This document shows positions 23,080-37,900 of a stretch of 64,000 nt of DNA, piece after piece (positions within the stretch are counted from its first letter, which is position 1; every line of letters begins with the position of its first letter). Made by a program: the position numbers and the translations under genes. The stretch is from Asterias rubens. Taxonomy: Eukaryota. Location: positions 16,864,001-16,928,000 of the forward strand of contig NC_047065.1 of NCBI RefSeq assembly GCF_902459465.1, in the 5' to 3' direction. A model generated the notes under the pieces. It had not been told where the DNA came from and searched no databases. It saw nothing but the letters and a program-made list of their open reading frames with translations.

Positions 23080-25260
23080 CAGTGGAAACATTTCACAAAA
23101 TAACTCCATTTATACGCGCAAAGTGTGTGTGCACTGAGAATCCACTCATCGCCAAAAATAACCCGCATTATGCGGGTACACAACACGGTGTGTATGTGTA
23201 CACGTTGTATGGTCACTCAGTGCCTAAAATATCACTCATTACACGGGTACACCACACGAAATGGTGTCCCGGTTAGGGAGACAAAATTGTGCACATCCTA
23301 CGGAAAAGTTATTTCTCTCTTTCTGAGGCTTTGAACCGTATTGGTGTTTTCAATGAATGTTCGCTGTCTGTCCCGTGGGATTTGGTCTGTTTTTACATCT
23401 TTAGTAATCTTTTGACGAAAAGGTAAGACCATAGTAAGTTTAATCAAGATTTAGGCAACTTAAAAGTGTAGAAATAAAAAATTTAAAAAATTCAATAATT
23501 TTCAATAATTGTTTGTTATGATTATTATGTTGGGTGTCAAATTACACGAAATGAGACTTTACTAGACATTCCTCATTCGTTAGAGCGGGTCACATATGTG
23601 GCGACCTTTTTACGGTTAAATCTGTGCACGTCCTATGGTCACTTAACTCCTACAATATCACATATTTAGCGAGTACACTGCCCCCCTGTGCCGCGGAATA
23701 GGGAGACAACAATTGTGCACATCACAATGGAAAAGTTATTTTCTCATCAAACTCACGTTGAACCGTAGAAGTGTGGACCTTGTATGCGTAATAATGACTG
23801 CACGTTGTATGATCACTCAGCGCCCAATAATAACCCGTAAAATACGGGTACACAATGCAGCAGCTAACCGCCGTGTAGGGAGACAAATTTGTGCACATCT
23901 CAATGGAAAAGTTTTCTTATAGAAAATAAGCATTGTACCGTACAAGTGAGGACCTTTTTAACTGGTCAAATGTGTGCACGTCGTATGGTCCGGTCACTCA
24001 GCGCCTTAAATATTGGGTATCTTGCAGGTACATTACGACCAGACGGGTGACTAGAAAACCAAACAAATTATTGTGCAAACTCTCACACTTTGTACCGTAG
24101 AAGTGAGGACCTTTTCTTACGGGATGATGTGTACACGTTGTATGGTCACTCTCTCCGAATAAAATAACCCTATTGTATGGTACGGGTACACAACGCGAAA
24201 GTATCCGGTTAGGGATCCTGACGGAAAAGTTATTTCTCTCGTTCTGTGGCTTTGTACTGTATATTTTGGGACCTTTTCTACGGTTAAATCTGTGCACGTT
24301 GTATGGTCACACAACGCCTAAAATATTTAGTATTTTGCAGGTGCATTATGCCACTATAGGGGACAAAATTGTACGCACCATAATACAGAAAAAATATTTT
24401 CTCCACACACATTTTGTACCGTACAAGTGAGGACCTTTTTCTACGGGGTGATGTGTGCACCACACCACGTTGTTTCATCGCCTAAAATAACCCTCATTAT
24501 AAGGGTACACAATACTGCGACGACGCGCCGCGTAGGGAGACAAATTTGTGCACATCTCAATGGAAAGTGTATATCACAAGAAACAACCGTTGTACCGTAC
24601 AAGTGAGAACATTTTTAACGGGTAAAATGCGTGCACGTTGTATGGTCACTCATCGCCTTACATAATAAATATAGTTATATACTACACAAAAACCCCATTT
24701 TCGAAACACTCACACTTTGTACCGTAGAAATGAGGACCTTTTCGGGGTGATTTGTGCACGTTGTTATGGTCACTCTCTGCAGCTAAAATAACCCCTTTAT
24801 TGTACGGTACGGGTACATCACAAAGTAAGAGACAAAATTGTACACATCCTAGCGGAAATGTTAGTTTCTCATTTGGTGGCTTTGTATTGTGTATTATGGG
24901 ACCTTTTTTTACGGTTAAATCTGTGCACGCTGTGTTGTCACACAATGCCTAAAATATTGAGTATTTTGCCTAAAATATTGAGTATTTTGCAGGTGCATAG
25001 TGCTACTACATAGAGTGACAAAATTGTACACACCATAAAGGAAAAGTTATTTTCTCAACACACACTCTTTGTAGCGTACAAGTTGGACCTTTTCTAAGGG
25101 AAAAATGTGTGCACGTTTGATGGTCACACAACACGTAAAATATTGAGTATTTTGCAGGTACATGATGCGGCTGGTGTAGAGGGGACAGAATTGTGCACAT
25201 CACAATGGCAGAGATATTTTCTAAACTCACACACATTGTAAGTGAATACCATTTTTTGTG
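23080..25260. repeat. Degenerate complex tandem repeat (motifs TGTGCACGTTGTATGGTCAC, TTGTACCGTACAAGTGAGGACCTTTT, GGGAGACAAAATTGTGCACATC)
   Basis: The same motifs recur about ten times in the same order over about 2.2 kb. Confidence 0.75.
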
Positions 25261-25340
25261 AGCACGTAGTAGGGTCACTCACTGCTCATGAAATATCCCT
25301 CATTAAGTGATTATTTATACCTGCTGCAGTCGAACAACGC

Positions 25341-25480
25341 ATGGAGGTTGTTGCTGCACAGCGTAAAGGCGATGGAGGTTGTTGCTGCACAGCGTAAAGG
25401 CGATGGAGGTTGTTGCTGCACAGCGTAAAGGCGATGGAGGTTGTTGCTGCACAGCGTAAAGGCGATGGAGGTTGTTGCTG
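25341..25480. repeat. 31-bp minisatellite, about 4.5 perfect copies
   Basis: ATGGAGGTTGTTGCTGCACAGCGTAAAGGCG starts at 25341, 25372, 25403 and 25434, with a partial copy at 25465. Confidence 0.95.
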
Positions 25481-27918
25481 AAGGCGACCAAATTGCACAC
25501 ATGATCAAGACTAATCTTTTTAATGCAATGGATTATAAGCCGCTGTGGCGCAGTCTGCTACCAATCAGACCAAAAACACCAGGGCGAACCCCTTCTCTTT
25601 GCGATGGGTGCACTGGGTTCTTTAAATTCCGCTTTATTTTTTTTCTTACAAGCCTCAGAATATTTTTGCTAGTATTGTTGTAAATGATGTTTTGAACCTA
25701 TACGTATATGAAACCGGTTTATAAAATAATTTTTAAAAAAGTCTATAGCAAACACAACACCGAAGAAGAAACTGTTACAAAAAGTAAGGTTTTCTTTGTA
25801 CAAAATTACTTTAATTGTTATTGATCTCACTAACCTTGTTAGAAGTTCCTTACAGCTGCAATGCATCAAACAATCTAAATTTAAATTGTTTTAACCCGCA
25901 ATAATATTTGCTTGAATCAATTAATAACCAATCAATTTACTGCTTGTTAAAGGCAGTTGACAGAATTGGTAATTACTCAAAATAATTATTAGCATAAAAC
26001 CTTACTTGGTAACGAGTAATGGAGAGAGGTTGGTAGTATAAAACATTGTGAGAAACAGCTCTCTCTCTCTCTCTGAAGTGGAGTACTTTTCTGGGAAGAA
26101 GTACTTTTCCACGGATTTGATTTTGTGACCTCAGGTTTAGAATTTGAGGTCTCAAAGTGACAAGGGCGTTTTTTTATTCATTATATCGCAACTTCAACCA
26201 CCAATTGGGCCCAAATTGTCACAGGTTTGTTATTTTATGCATATGTTGAGATACACCGAGTGAGAAGACTCGTCTTTGACAATATTACCAACAATGTCCA
26301 GTGTCTTTAAAAAAAGTATTTTAGTGTTGTTTTTCTAACAGAATGATTCAAAGTTCATCAAAGTATTTATTAGAAATGTTGTGCTGAAATAACATTTTAA
26401 AATTTGGAGTTAAAAAACTTCGCTCAAGTTTGAAGTAAAAGAAAATTTGACTATGAAAAATAAAGCAGTTATTAACCCTCACCCTCCAAAATCTTCCCAA
26501 ATACCTTTAAAGCTGCCAGATTGTGTCGGATTGAGGACTATTGACCCAAATCAGAATTGATTATGGCTGGCCCAGGAAAACTAACCTCATCCAAGTCCAA
26601 ACAAGTTGGTGTTTGGTGTAAACAAAGACATTAGGTCAATTGCTCAACTGTGTTCTACAAATAAAATATGCTGGTATTGTGAAGAAAATTTTAAGTCTTG
26701 CTTTGAATGCACCGAGTTACAATCCTTCAAGTAGTTCAAAAATGAGAAACTTGGTTTTACAGTTTGTTAAGGAAAAATTAGATCATGTAAAACAAAGAGA
26801 CTAACACTTTCAAATGCATAAAGTTATCCGATTAAAGCCATTGGACACTTGCGGTAAACAGTATTGTCCAAGGCCCACACTTCGTGTATCACAACTTATA
26901 TATAAAATAACAAAGGTGTGGAAATTTTGGCTCAATCGGTCATCGGAGTCGGGAGAAAATAACGGGAAAACCCACCCTTGTCTACCCACGTTTCATGATA
27001 TGTGTTTAAAATAAATCCGTAATTCTCGCTATCGAGAATTATTATTGTTTTAATGTTTGTTCAAAAAGTAAAGCATTTCATGGAATAATATTTCAAGATA
27101 AGTCTTTCACTATTACCTTCTGTAAACCCTGTGAATTATTTGTAAATCTGTGAACTTTTCATTTTTTGTCTGTACCGAAAGTGTATAATGATGGCTTTAA
27201 GGTGAAATAAAGAGTTAAGGTTCATAGTTATTATCACGTTCCAATTATATCCAATTCCAGACATGTACTTATTGAATCACCAGGATTTGTGAGAAACAAA
27301 TTAAGGAATTTGAGTTCTGATTTTGCTCTATTTTTTTCCCCTAGAAGCAGCAAAATACTTCAGAGTGCATAAAAAGTCAAAGAAAACTTTCCAGAAACAC
27401 AAAACAACCGCCTAAATCCCACAATAATACAATCACATTCCACAAGGAATCCAAACCAAGGAACTATTGAACAATTATTTACAAGTGATGAACAAAAAAA
27501 GAGTTAAGGAAAAACAAAAAAGGGGACCTATGTACAATGAAGTATTTTTAATACAAGGCATGAGGCCAGTTGCTGGCCACTTTAAAAAAAGCTATACATG
27601 ATTCAGGAATTGAATCTCTCCTCGTGAACAACCATTTGGTTTACAATCACCTTCACATCCACTATCTAACATGGGATATATTTGTTAATGGAAAGCAATA
27701 CAAGTGACCAAAGATTTGCATCTTTAAGTGAACTTTTTTATAAGGTGCAATCGTTGTGGGAGATTTGGAATTTTATCACAGACATTGTGCATAGTTTGAT
27801 CCTTGCCGCGCAAGAGGAGGACAAATTAAGGCAGAAACTGCTGTTCAAAATAACCACTTGGTGAATTTACTGCTGCATGGTTTTAGGACAAGCATGGCAG
27901 ACTGGCCCTACACTTTAG

Positions 27919-28290
27919 AAGGCCGGTTCATACTCGCTGCGTACTCACTGCATATGCAGCGCGCGGACCCGTTTTTGAAAGTCTGCAGTGCGTAAAAGGA
28001 AGCGCAGTGCGTAATCGTATTTCGCAAATGCATATGAACTTTTCAAAATGAAAATAAGGTCGTACACACTAATCCGATGCGTAGTCGAACGAATTGAAAT
28101 ATTTTAACATTTTGTCGGATGTGTAAGCGCAATTTGAGTGAATAATGTTCGTGAATAACATCATTCGTTTCCGCGTGCGGATGCAAACTTAATGCGTATT
28201 TATTTTTTATTTTGATTAAGTATGAACGCTAAATCAAATTTCGAATTGTCTGGTGCATGCACGCAGTCGCAGCGAGTATGAACCAGCCTT
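27919..28290. mobile_element. MITE-like element with ~23-bp TIRs (AAGGCCGGTTCATACTCGCTGCG), Harbinger-like
   Basis: Inverted termini with one mismatch; no clear TSD seen. Confidence 0.55.
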
Positions 28291-28788
28291 GGTGGAACAG
28301 CAGTTCGGGCTGCTGAACTTACTAGATCCATTTGTGAAGAATAATGTTTTTCATTCTACACTTGAATAAAGAGATCTGTAGCATACTTTCTCAAGATCAG
28401 GGTTTGACCTTTACAATTTCAATAGACCACCAATTTGTTCACTCGTCCATATTTTAATTTGGGTTTCAACAAAGAAGAATTGACCGAAGCGGGACTTGAA
28501 CCATTGACCTTCGGATTTGCGTACCAGTGCTCCATCAACTGAGCCATCCAGCCCTTTGTTGGTGGTCTCCCTATTTTATAAAAACTAAAGACCATTTATA
28601 ACGCAGAACTGCCCAGTTTGACCATGTGCTATTGGTGCTCAGTTGTTTAAAAACATTGTATCTGCAAACCAGGGAGAGTGCTGATGGTTCTCTGGAAGAT
28701 GCAACAGCGGTTCTACAGTAATAAGGGGTTTGGGACCAGTCTCAGGTCGGTGCTTGATTTGATTGTCAGCAGAGGAAAGTGGAAATGT

Positions 28789-31700
28789 CTAGAAGGCAAA
28801 TCTGGTCCTGATATCTTCAAGTTTCTTCGATACCTGCAGAAAAGAGAAGGACAAAATACAGTTAATGGTTATAATAACTTCAGAGATTATAAGAATCAAC
28901 ACAAAATGGAACAAGAGAGAACAAGTAAGTTCTAGATGTGTAATAATGAAAACTTGCTATGAACAACATCTAGTGAACTTTTATTTAATAAGATTTTATT
29001 TAGATTAGGAGGGGTAGTTGGGAACTTAATAATCGTAATCCTAATACCTCGCTTGGGTTCCTGTCTAGCTCATCAGCCACGCTTCGCTGCTTACTTGTAT
29101 CCATTGAATTGAACTGCTCACACAGATCACCGTCAATAACATTCTGTTTAAAAACATTAACAAAGACCAGGTTAAAAAGTTTAAATTTCAAAGTTATAAA
29201 CCAGTAGGGCCTATAGAGTATACCGATAATAATAAGAACAACGGTAATAATTAGGTAGTTCATATAATTCACATAAAAACATAAGAGAAGAAAACCGCCA
29301 AATTTCATGGCTCTGCTTACCGTAAGCAAAGAATCAGCGCTTACGAAAGCAGGGAATTGCGGGCTTATGGCAAGTGTATTTCTCAAATTGGCAGTGAATT
29401 GTTGCTTGTAGGCATTCTTTGCTTACACAGCTAAGCATAAATTTGAGCAAAGAATGGTGATTTGTTACCGCATAATTAGACGGTAAGCAGAGCCATGAAA
29501 TTGGGCCAAGGCCTCAATTTTACAAGTAGTCAAGATTTCTCTTAATTGAGTATCAATCTTATTTGCTAAAGCAAAATGTGATGTCACATTACAAATCACT
29601 ATGGCAATACCGGCAATTCATCTTAAGGGATGGGATGGACGGCAGGGTTTTTTGGGGGGTGTGGTTCTGGGGGGAGGGAAGGGTTCTAGGGGCGGAGGTC
29701 AATTATCTGCCGAACAGCGTGAAAGAATTTCTGATAACACTTAAAACAATCTGTGGACTCACCTTGATTGGGAAGAAGTAGGATCTAAACGAGATGTGGT
29801 CCCGTCCGCATAGAGGCGGGTACTCTGAGCGCATGTGCATCTCAAGATGTTGAAAGAAGTCATGGTCCTATACAAAAGGTAACAATGTTTATACACTGGT
29901 GAGGATAATGTTTGTTAAAATTCCATTTAAGCCAAATGATCCAATAAGGTTTCTAGCTGAAGCATTAATATATGAATTTAAAGACCAGTGAAATGGTTCG
30001 GAAATTAGCGAAAGAATACATTTAGAGCTGGAAGAAGCACTCTACAATTAATAAAACAATGAAACATTTTGTCGTTTTGTTTTTCTTTACAAATAAAACA
30101 TCAATATTTATATTCTTCAATCAAATAAAGAATACCATCCAAGTAGGTTTACAAACCAATATTTTATAATAATAATAGTAATAATATTAGGTCCTTATAT
30201 AGCGCTTTATCACACCCCTAGGGGGGTATCAAAGCGCCCAGTATTTTGTCCTGCAAGGTATGTGGAGCTACGTTTTGAAGTATGAGACTTATTCCTTAAT
30301 AGCACCATGTAATGGTTTACAAGGTGCTGTTGCGCAACATGCTGCCAATCAAACCAGGAACACCAGGGCGAACCCCTTCTCTTTTCCGTAAATGCACTGT
30401 GTTGTTTTGCGTGCGTATACACAACACACAGGACCAACTAACGTCACATTTCATAAGAACTCTTTGCAAAAAGAAAAAAAAAAGCGAGCCTAAAGCCTTT
30501 GCGTAAAACCAAGTATCAAGTCTCACCTCATGGGATGTGAATGGCACGAGGATTCCAACTGCCCCAGACAGCGTGGTGTACACCAGTGACTCTGAGCCAC
30601 CGGGGATCAACGTTGCCTTCTGGAGCGATAAGATGGTGTCTCCGATGTGGAAATTGATGATGATTTCAGACTTCTGTGAAGCCCCGCTGAGGAGACCTCG
30701 ATCCCAGAGGGCTTTGACCCCCGTCGGATCTTCATCAACGTCATCGTTGGTGCCTTGTATCAGCCGAATCTATCAAATCAACATTAGAAAGTTAAAGGCA
30801 AAAATTCATAAAGCCTGTGGGCACAATGCTTAGCAAAAACAGCTTACCAGCCAGAATACTATACAGTAGCCATTGCTGCAACTGGTATCCAAATCATTTC
30901 TAGCTTAGCAAAGAAATGAGCCTGGCAGTATTTTCTGCTTAACAGCTTTATGAAGTTGGGACCAGGTAGCTTAGTGTTAAGGTTTAAGGTTACAGTTACC
31001 CGATGGATTAAGACACAATTTTTAGCACGAGGCTCCCTTAACAGAAAAAAAAAACATACAAAGTTAAAACACGATCAGTTTGAACGTGACCATGATATCG
31101 CCTCCGTCATCGTGCCCAAAAGTTGTAGTGCATAGATGATGGTAGTGAATGTAACAGGCCATGAAGGCCACATAGACATGGTCTCTGTTGCCCCTGTTCT
31201 TGGCCCTGGTGCCCCATTTAATATTTCCCAAAGACTTTTTAAAAGATTTTCCAATGGAAGTGCCCTTGCAAAATGAAACAGGCCTTGCACTCTCAAAGAT
31301 GAGATTCCAGGCATGAATTGTTACGTCCAATTGTAATTATTCCTTTTTTACTTACAATTGAAAGATTTCCAAACTTATCGGCAACAGCGACCGTGTCGTA
31401 GTCCATGCAAGCCATGGCTGTGACCCAGCGAGGATGCGTATCATCAGCGAAGATGACCATCTGATTTTCGTGACGTTTATACCGTACAAAGTGAAGACTC
31501 TCCTGAACATCGCTGACTATGATCCGCTGACCCGTGGTCTGGATATTCACTATGAAGTTTGGGATGTGCTACAGAGTGGGAAAGTTTTCAAAATAAATAC
31601 AAAATAAATTATTAAACACTTCTTGCGTTAAAATTCTGCTTTGAAATTCTGCTTCCGTTGTTGGGTGTGTAATGAAATAAATAAATAAATAAAAGCTTTG

Positions 31701-31877
31701 TTGATTTGTGAAACTGGAAAAGTCTATTCTATTAACAACAATTTGTCTCAAAAAATTTACTCAGCTTCATGGCTTTTATCAATTAGCTAAATGGATTTAA
31801 AAGATGAAGAAAAGAAGACAAAACCCAGAAAAAAACCTTAGAGAATAGATTTTGTAAAATGTGCTTTTTAAGTCTTG

Positions 31878-31918
<41 letters not shown>

Positions 31919-34900
31919 GTCAAATATAATTAAGATGAAAAGGTTCACTTAAAGTGAGGATTTGATTATGTTAATATTGAAAACTTACCTTGTTTTCACA
32001 TTTTCTGAGCATCTTTTTCTTTCCCAAGTCGTAGATTCTGAGTAATCTACCAACACCGATTAAGACCCGGCCCTGAAAAGTGCAGATTGCTGAAGGGACA
32101 TCATCCACTGGAGTCTAATAAAAGCACAACAAAAACATAAATAAAACTTGAAGTTTAGGCTAAAAGTATCTTTAACAGAAGAACATTTTCAAGATCACTT
32201 AAAATGCAACAATTAGTAGGTAAAGTTTGCTACACACTTTTGTTTTAGGGACACTGGGTGGTAGCAGACTTGAGGCCTGCCCAAGAATACACGCCAATTT
32301 TACAAATAAGGTAGCAGTTTAATATTTGTATAGTGTTGACGAGACTAAAACCCCCAAAACAATCCCAGTTGGTATTTATTTCACATGAGTTTTAAGGACA
32401 AATCAAAGGTGTGTTCAAATCTTACTTTGTGAAGTAATTCCAGTTTCTTGCCATCCTCTGTGAGCTGGTAGGCATGGATGAAACCCCCAGAGCAGGTCCT
32501 TGGGCTCAGGGTGACGTCTTTGGCCGTACCCACTAAGACAAAAGTGTCGTCTCCTCTACTTGCAAACTTACACAGGCAAAGACTGCAGCAAAACCAGGTA
32601 AAAACAAACAAATTTTACAAGGATCCTACATAAAGCATACATTTTTAGGACAAAAACACTAACATAAAAACGCTTATGACTTCTGATAAAGCAAATCCTG
32701 AAGAGTTTTAAAAAAGTGTGGTGTACCAAAATAAATTCTACTAAAGGTGATGATGAGAATTGAAAATTAAGTTGTAAACAAAACCCAGTAAAACCTACAA
32801 GGTATCAATCAACTCTCAATCAAATCCCCAATAGAAAACTTTGAAAAAGGATAAATATTTAGAGGGAATTAAGGTTTCTACCTGAACGCAGCCTCGTTCT
32901 GTTCCAAAGCCACAGAATCCAGCGTGGTTCCATTCACAGGGTTCAGTACTCTGACCAGCGACGCCCACATGCCCGGGCCTGCCTTGGGGGCGCCAAACAG
33001 ACTCTCTGGAAGGTCCTCTTGAAGGAAGGCTTCGGCCATCTCGGCAGCTAGTTCTCTCTCCTCATCCCCAGCTGCTTCTACCATTTCCTGTCGAGGAAAG
33101 CAGGGCAAGTATCAGTATCTCTTGCCTCTATTTGACCCACACCACCCATAGCAATTAGGAGTGAGCTTGCAGGGTCAGAGATGGAATAAAACTGCTTAGT
33201 GCTTTTGTAAGTGGCTTGATGTTGTAGTCTCAAGGAGTTGAGAAAAATAAATGAAAAGGTTGGATGAACAGGGATGTTGTTGAACATTTTAAAGATATAT
33301 CCCCTCTTGGACAACTAGCATCCAACGCGACAACTTTAGTGGATCATAATTGTTTTTTTAGAGGACAACATAACTTCATTTTGTCATCTTGCAAAAGAAG
33401 AGTGGACCACTGTAAAGGGGATTATAGATCTTGTGGCTTGTAGTTTATCAATAATTTTGAGTTGTACATAATCATTACTCTATCAATATAAACCACACCA
33501 GAAACTGACTGGGTAAATTTTCAAAAGGATTATTACTCTGCCTGTATTAGGTTCATTTCCCAGGTTTGATAAATCAAACTTTTCATTTTCAAAGCTTTTG
33601 GCTTCAATGTGGTTTTAGCAATGAACCAATTTAATAAACCAGTTAATAATTTCAAATTTTCATTTTCAAGTTTTTGGATACAGTGTGATTTTATCAATGA
33701 ACCAATTTAATAAACCAATCAATAATTACAAACTAAGGAGTCTGGTGCCCTACCTCTGCCATCTGTTGTTTGCGCATTGCTTTGGTTGTTTCTGTGTACG
33801 CATTGTGTTCACTCTCAATCACCACTATATTATTACTCTCTGGATGGATGGCAAATCTGCGAGGCGTGTAGGTCAGTGGCGTTGATACCTGGTTGAAGAC
33901 TGCCCCAAGCTTTTCCAGAGCCAAGATTCTATCAATGGGAAACATTAAAAAGGAAAATAATGTGAATATGCAAACATTGCAAGTTTACTTATTTATTCTG
34001 GATTTCACATCCTTGATTTTGGTCATTCATGTTTCAGACCTATCCCTATGATTACATCAAAGCATTCCTTCCAACATCCCCTACCCCAGCCTCAAAACTG
34101 GGGAGTCTGGTTGGCGTAGTTGGCCTCCCAACTCTTGGGCTCCGGTTAGACTCACGCCAGGGGCACTATTTCGATTTGGTTTTCCAGTCCCAACCTAATT
34201 GAATAATACTCTGGGATGTTCTTCCCGCACCTAAAACTTGAACTTTGTTGTGGTACCCGTTGCTAAACTTTAACCCAAACTGCCTTGAGCCACTAGGCTA
34301 TCACGGTGGTCTACTGGTAAGACACCTGCTCACGCAATGCAAAGGCTGTGGGTTCAAATCCCACTCCTCAAAAGTACCCAGCTTACAGAATAAAGTGCTT
34401 AATACATATCGGTGTAAGGGTAAGAACAAATTATGAAACTTCCTCCTTTGTATTCTTTTTATAGGGTTCTTGGCTAGTACAGTGAGTAAGTTCACTTTAA
34501 CACAGGTCCTTGACTTCACAACCACAATTAATATATCAAATGAAATGAGAAACACTGATTGTTTACCTGAGTGTGTTTGTTGAGATGGCCACGATTCCTT
34601 CGGGGCACTGCTCCGAGGCAAACCCAGACGCATACTCCAATGTCTCGTAGGACAGCGGGGTCAGGTGGAAACGCGACTGGTACCAATAACTAAGCCACGA
34701 TCGGCTAGACATGGCAAGAACCTACGGACAGATCACAAATCAAAAACTCAATTCAGTTCAAATATTTTAGTGAGAAATCACTTCTTTTTTAAAACTACAT
34801 TACTTCAGAGGGAGCCGTTTCTCACAATGTTGAATACTATCGACAGCTCTCCATTACTAGTTACCATGCCAACATTCGTTTTGAGTAATAACCAATAGTG

Positions 34901-37900
34901 ACCACTGCCTTAAAGCTACTTACTGATTCAGAGCCCTGCATCTTGATCCTGAACAGCTTGACGGGTCTGGATCCTAGATACCTTGTTCTTGTGTCGGATA
35001 GGTCACCAGTTACAGAGTCGAGCACCATCCTCAACAAAACACCATTCTATACATGACAAAAAAAGGGGGAAATGTTAACATTGGTACAATTGCAAATTTA
35101 TTAATGGTTTTTATGTACCATCTTGCAAGAAAAAAGATATTGAGAAAAAGGCAAAAAGAGTTTATGTCAGCAGTTCCAACTGATTGAAGTCTGCTTTGCA
35201 ACAACTGGCAAGGGCAACTTAGTACAAACTTCATATAATTATAATTATATTTTTGGGGGCTAATCATCCTCACTCGCAGCTAAGAGCTGAATTGCGAAGG
35301 ACGCGGCTATAACGTGTTCGAGAAGCAGGCATGCAAGGGCGCATTCAGCTGCCAGCCACATCAACCCATTATGACCACGGAGCACAGCCAAGATTGGAAG
35401 TGTTTGATGTCTGGAAAACCCTTGTGGCACAGCAGAGAACCAACTCGACTCACATATGGCCCTGGCCGGGAATCAAACCTCGGTCACCTTGGTGAGAGGC
35501 AAGCGCTTTACGCACACGCCACCCAAGCCACCTGAATAAATGGCAGATGCCTTTGGCTCAGCACAACATGTGTTCCAAATATTGACCACCTAGGCCTACG
35601 ATGTCAGGGAACGATTTCGTCCAAAATTTTTGCATAGCAAAACTGCTATGCAATTTTTATTTTTGTATAGCAAACTCAAAATTTTGCATAGCAGTCCATA
35701 AATTTTGCATAGCAAATTAAAATAAATGCTTAAATTGCAGATGTGTATATTTGCGCAACGGGTTAAGGTCTTAGGGCGAAATTTAAGTAAAATGCTGTCA
35801 TACATAGGGCCTAGCTTGTTACTTTAATTGTTTTTGTTGTGAAAAAAAGAAAAAATCTGTGTGCTAACAGTACACGACATCCAGTGTCAACTAGTTAAGG
35901 ACGCAATTACCATGGAATTGTTTTTTTTTTATCCCACAATTTTCAATGTCTAGACTTGGTTTATTATAAAATAAACACACCAAAATCAGCCTCATGGGGT
36001 TAATTCAATGAGAAGGGGGGGGGGTCTTAAAATTGAATTGAAAAATGAAATGCTAAAATACTAGTTCTACCTCAATGCATGTACTTTATGTTTATTGTTT
36101 GGACAATTAACGCAAACAAATCAAAATATTAAATGAAAATCAACGAGGACAAAAGTCGGCAGACACAAGTTTGAAACTTTGAAACTGAAAGGATCTTTGG
36201 ATACAGACAACCAAGAATTTTCATAATAATAAATATGATAATAATATATTAAGAATAATAAATGTGTGCAAAATAAAGAGACAACTTTAAAACCAATTTT
36301 ATAATAAAGGGAACAACATGAACTACATGTATATATATCGTTTTTGCACCGATGATATTCAGTTGGAGATATTTTGATTTGTTTGCGTTAAGTACTGCGA
36401 TTGTCGCTAAAGTATTATTTTGTGCACAGCACATTATTAGCAGGAATCAATAGTGAAGCGATGTATCTTCACACGACTAAAACAAAAAAGAGATCAAAGT
36501 TCTTGCATTTCTCCAGCTCCTTTGTCGAAAAAACAACAGTTTAAATGATTTAATATACCTTGCAGATGTTCTTAACATAAATAAACAACTGTTTTTTCTT
36601 ACTTTCCAAGTAGAAAACATCAGTTTAGTTATAAAATCCCAAGTCACCACCGCTCAGAATAAACAAATCCACATGTGTGTGACTGCATGTCAAAACACCC
36701 ATGTATGTACACATGTAGTCTGGTTCGCCCAATGTCTGAGGGGGATAAAGCCTAGTGGCTCAGAGACACGTGTTCCTATTGGCTGTTGAATTTCCATATA
36801 GCGCGTAACGAATGTTTTCATTGGTCAATTTTGCCCTACTGCCAGAGCACTGGGTAAAAGTATCACGGAAGAAAACGTTAGTCGTCGTCGGCGGTGATTT
36901 CTTATTAATTTAGCATCGTTTTTCTAGCGGGAAAATTGATTTAATATGAATGGTTTTAAATAAAAAAATCAATATTTTTGTATCAAGCGTAAATGTTGCA
37001 AAATATGCATCGCAAATTGGATCGCAAAATTTGCGATGCACTTTTCAAAATTGCATAGCAAATCATCCAAATTGCATCGCAAATTGCGATGCGATACAGG
37101 GGAAATCGTTCACTGGATGTATTCCTCACATAGGACGCGGCCGTTGTGGGCAGGTCCTTTATGTATTAATCCCAGCTGTTTTACTCTAGCAAACTTTTCA
37201 AGTGATGAAAGGATTGTATAAACAGATAGTGGAGCATGACTACTTACGTGAAGTCCAATGTTCAAGAAGAGCCCACCAGCCATTCCCCTTTCTCCCGTCT
37301 CTGTTGCCTCTGTGCCTCCCATCTCAACGATGCAGAGGGATTCCGAGGGAGCTGGTAATGCTTGCATACTCAATGGCTGTAAGCAATCCTGTAACAAGAG
37401 ATTAGGTATACACGGTCAGGCATTGAAGGGGCATAGCAAATATTTTAATCTGGTAAGGGGTACTTCTAGAGAAAAACAATTAGGCCGGTATGTTTTTGGT
37501 GAGGAAAGTAAAGTACATTTGTATTGGAACTTTGCACGTCAGAGCAAAAGCACAGGGCAAAACGGCAAATGCTGTGGGTGCTATTGGTTGTTTTGAAGCC
37601 TGCATGATGACGAGTTACCTGTACTTAAAAATCAGAGCAATTTTCGCCCTATTCATTGGCTTCCAATTCATCAACATATCTGTTTCGAAATTCTTCTTCT
37701 TGTGTACATAGCAGGCACGCAACTGCCCGTTGGAAAAAAAAAAGGAAAATTTTCAAAGGCACAACGCAAGTGCGGAGCGAGGCAGCCGAAACGCCACGAG
37801 ACATGATACCCACAATGGTATCCTAAAAAATATTGAGGTTTATTATGCTCTAAGGTGTATTGTTAGCATGTACTAGTGCTGGGCGAATAGTGAAATTTTG

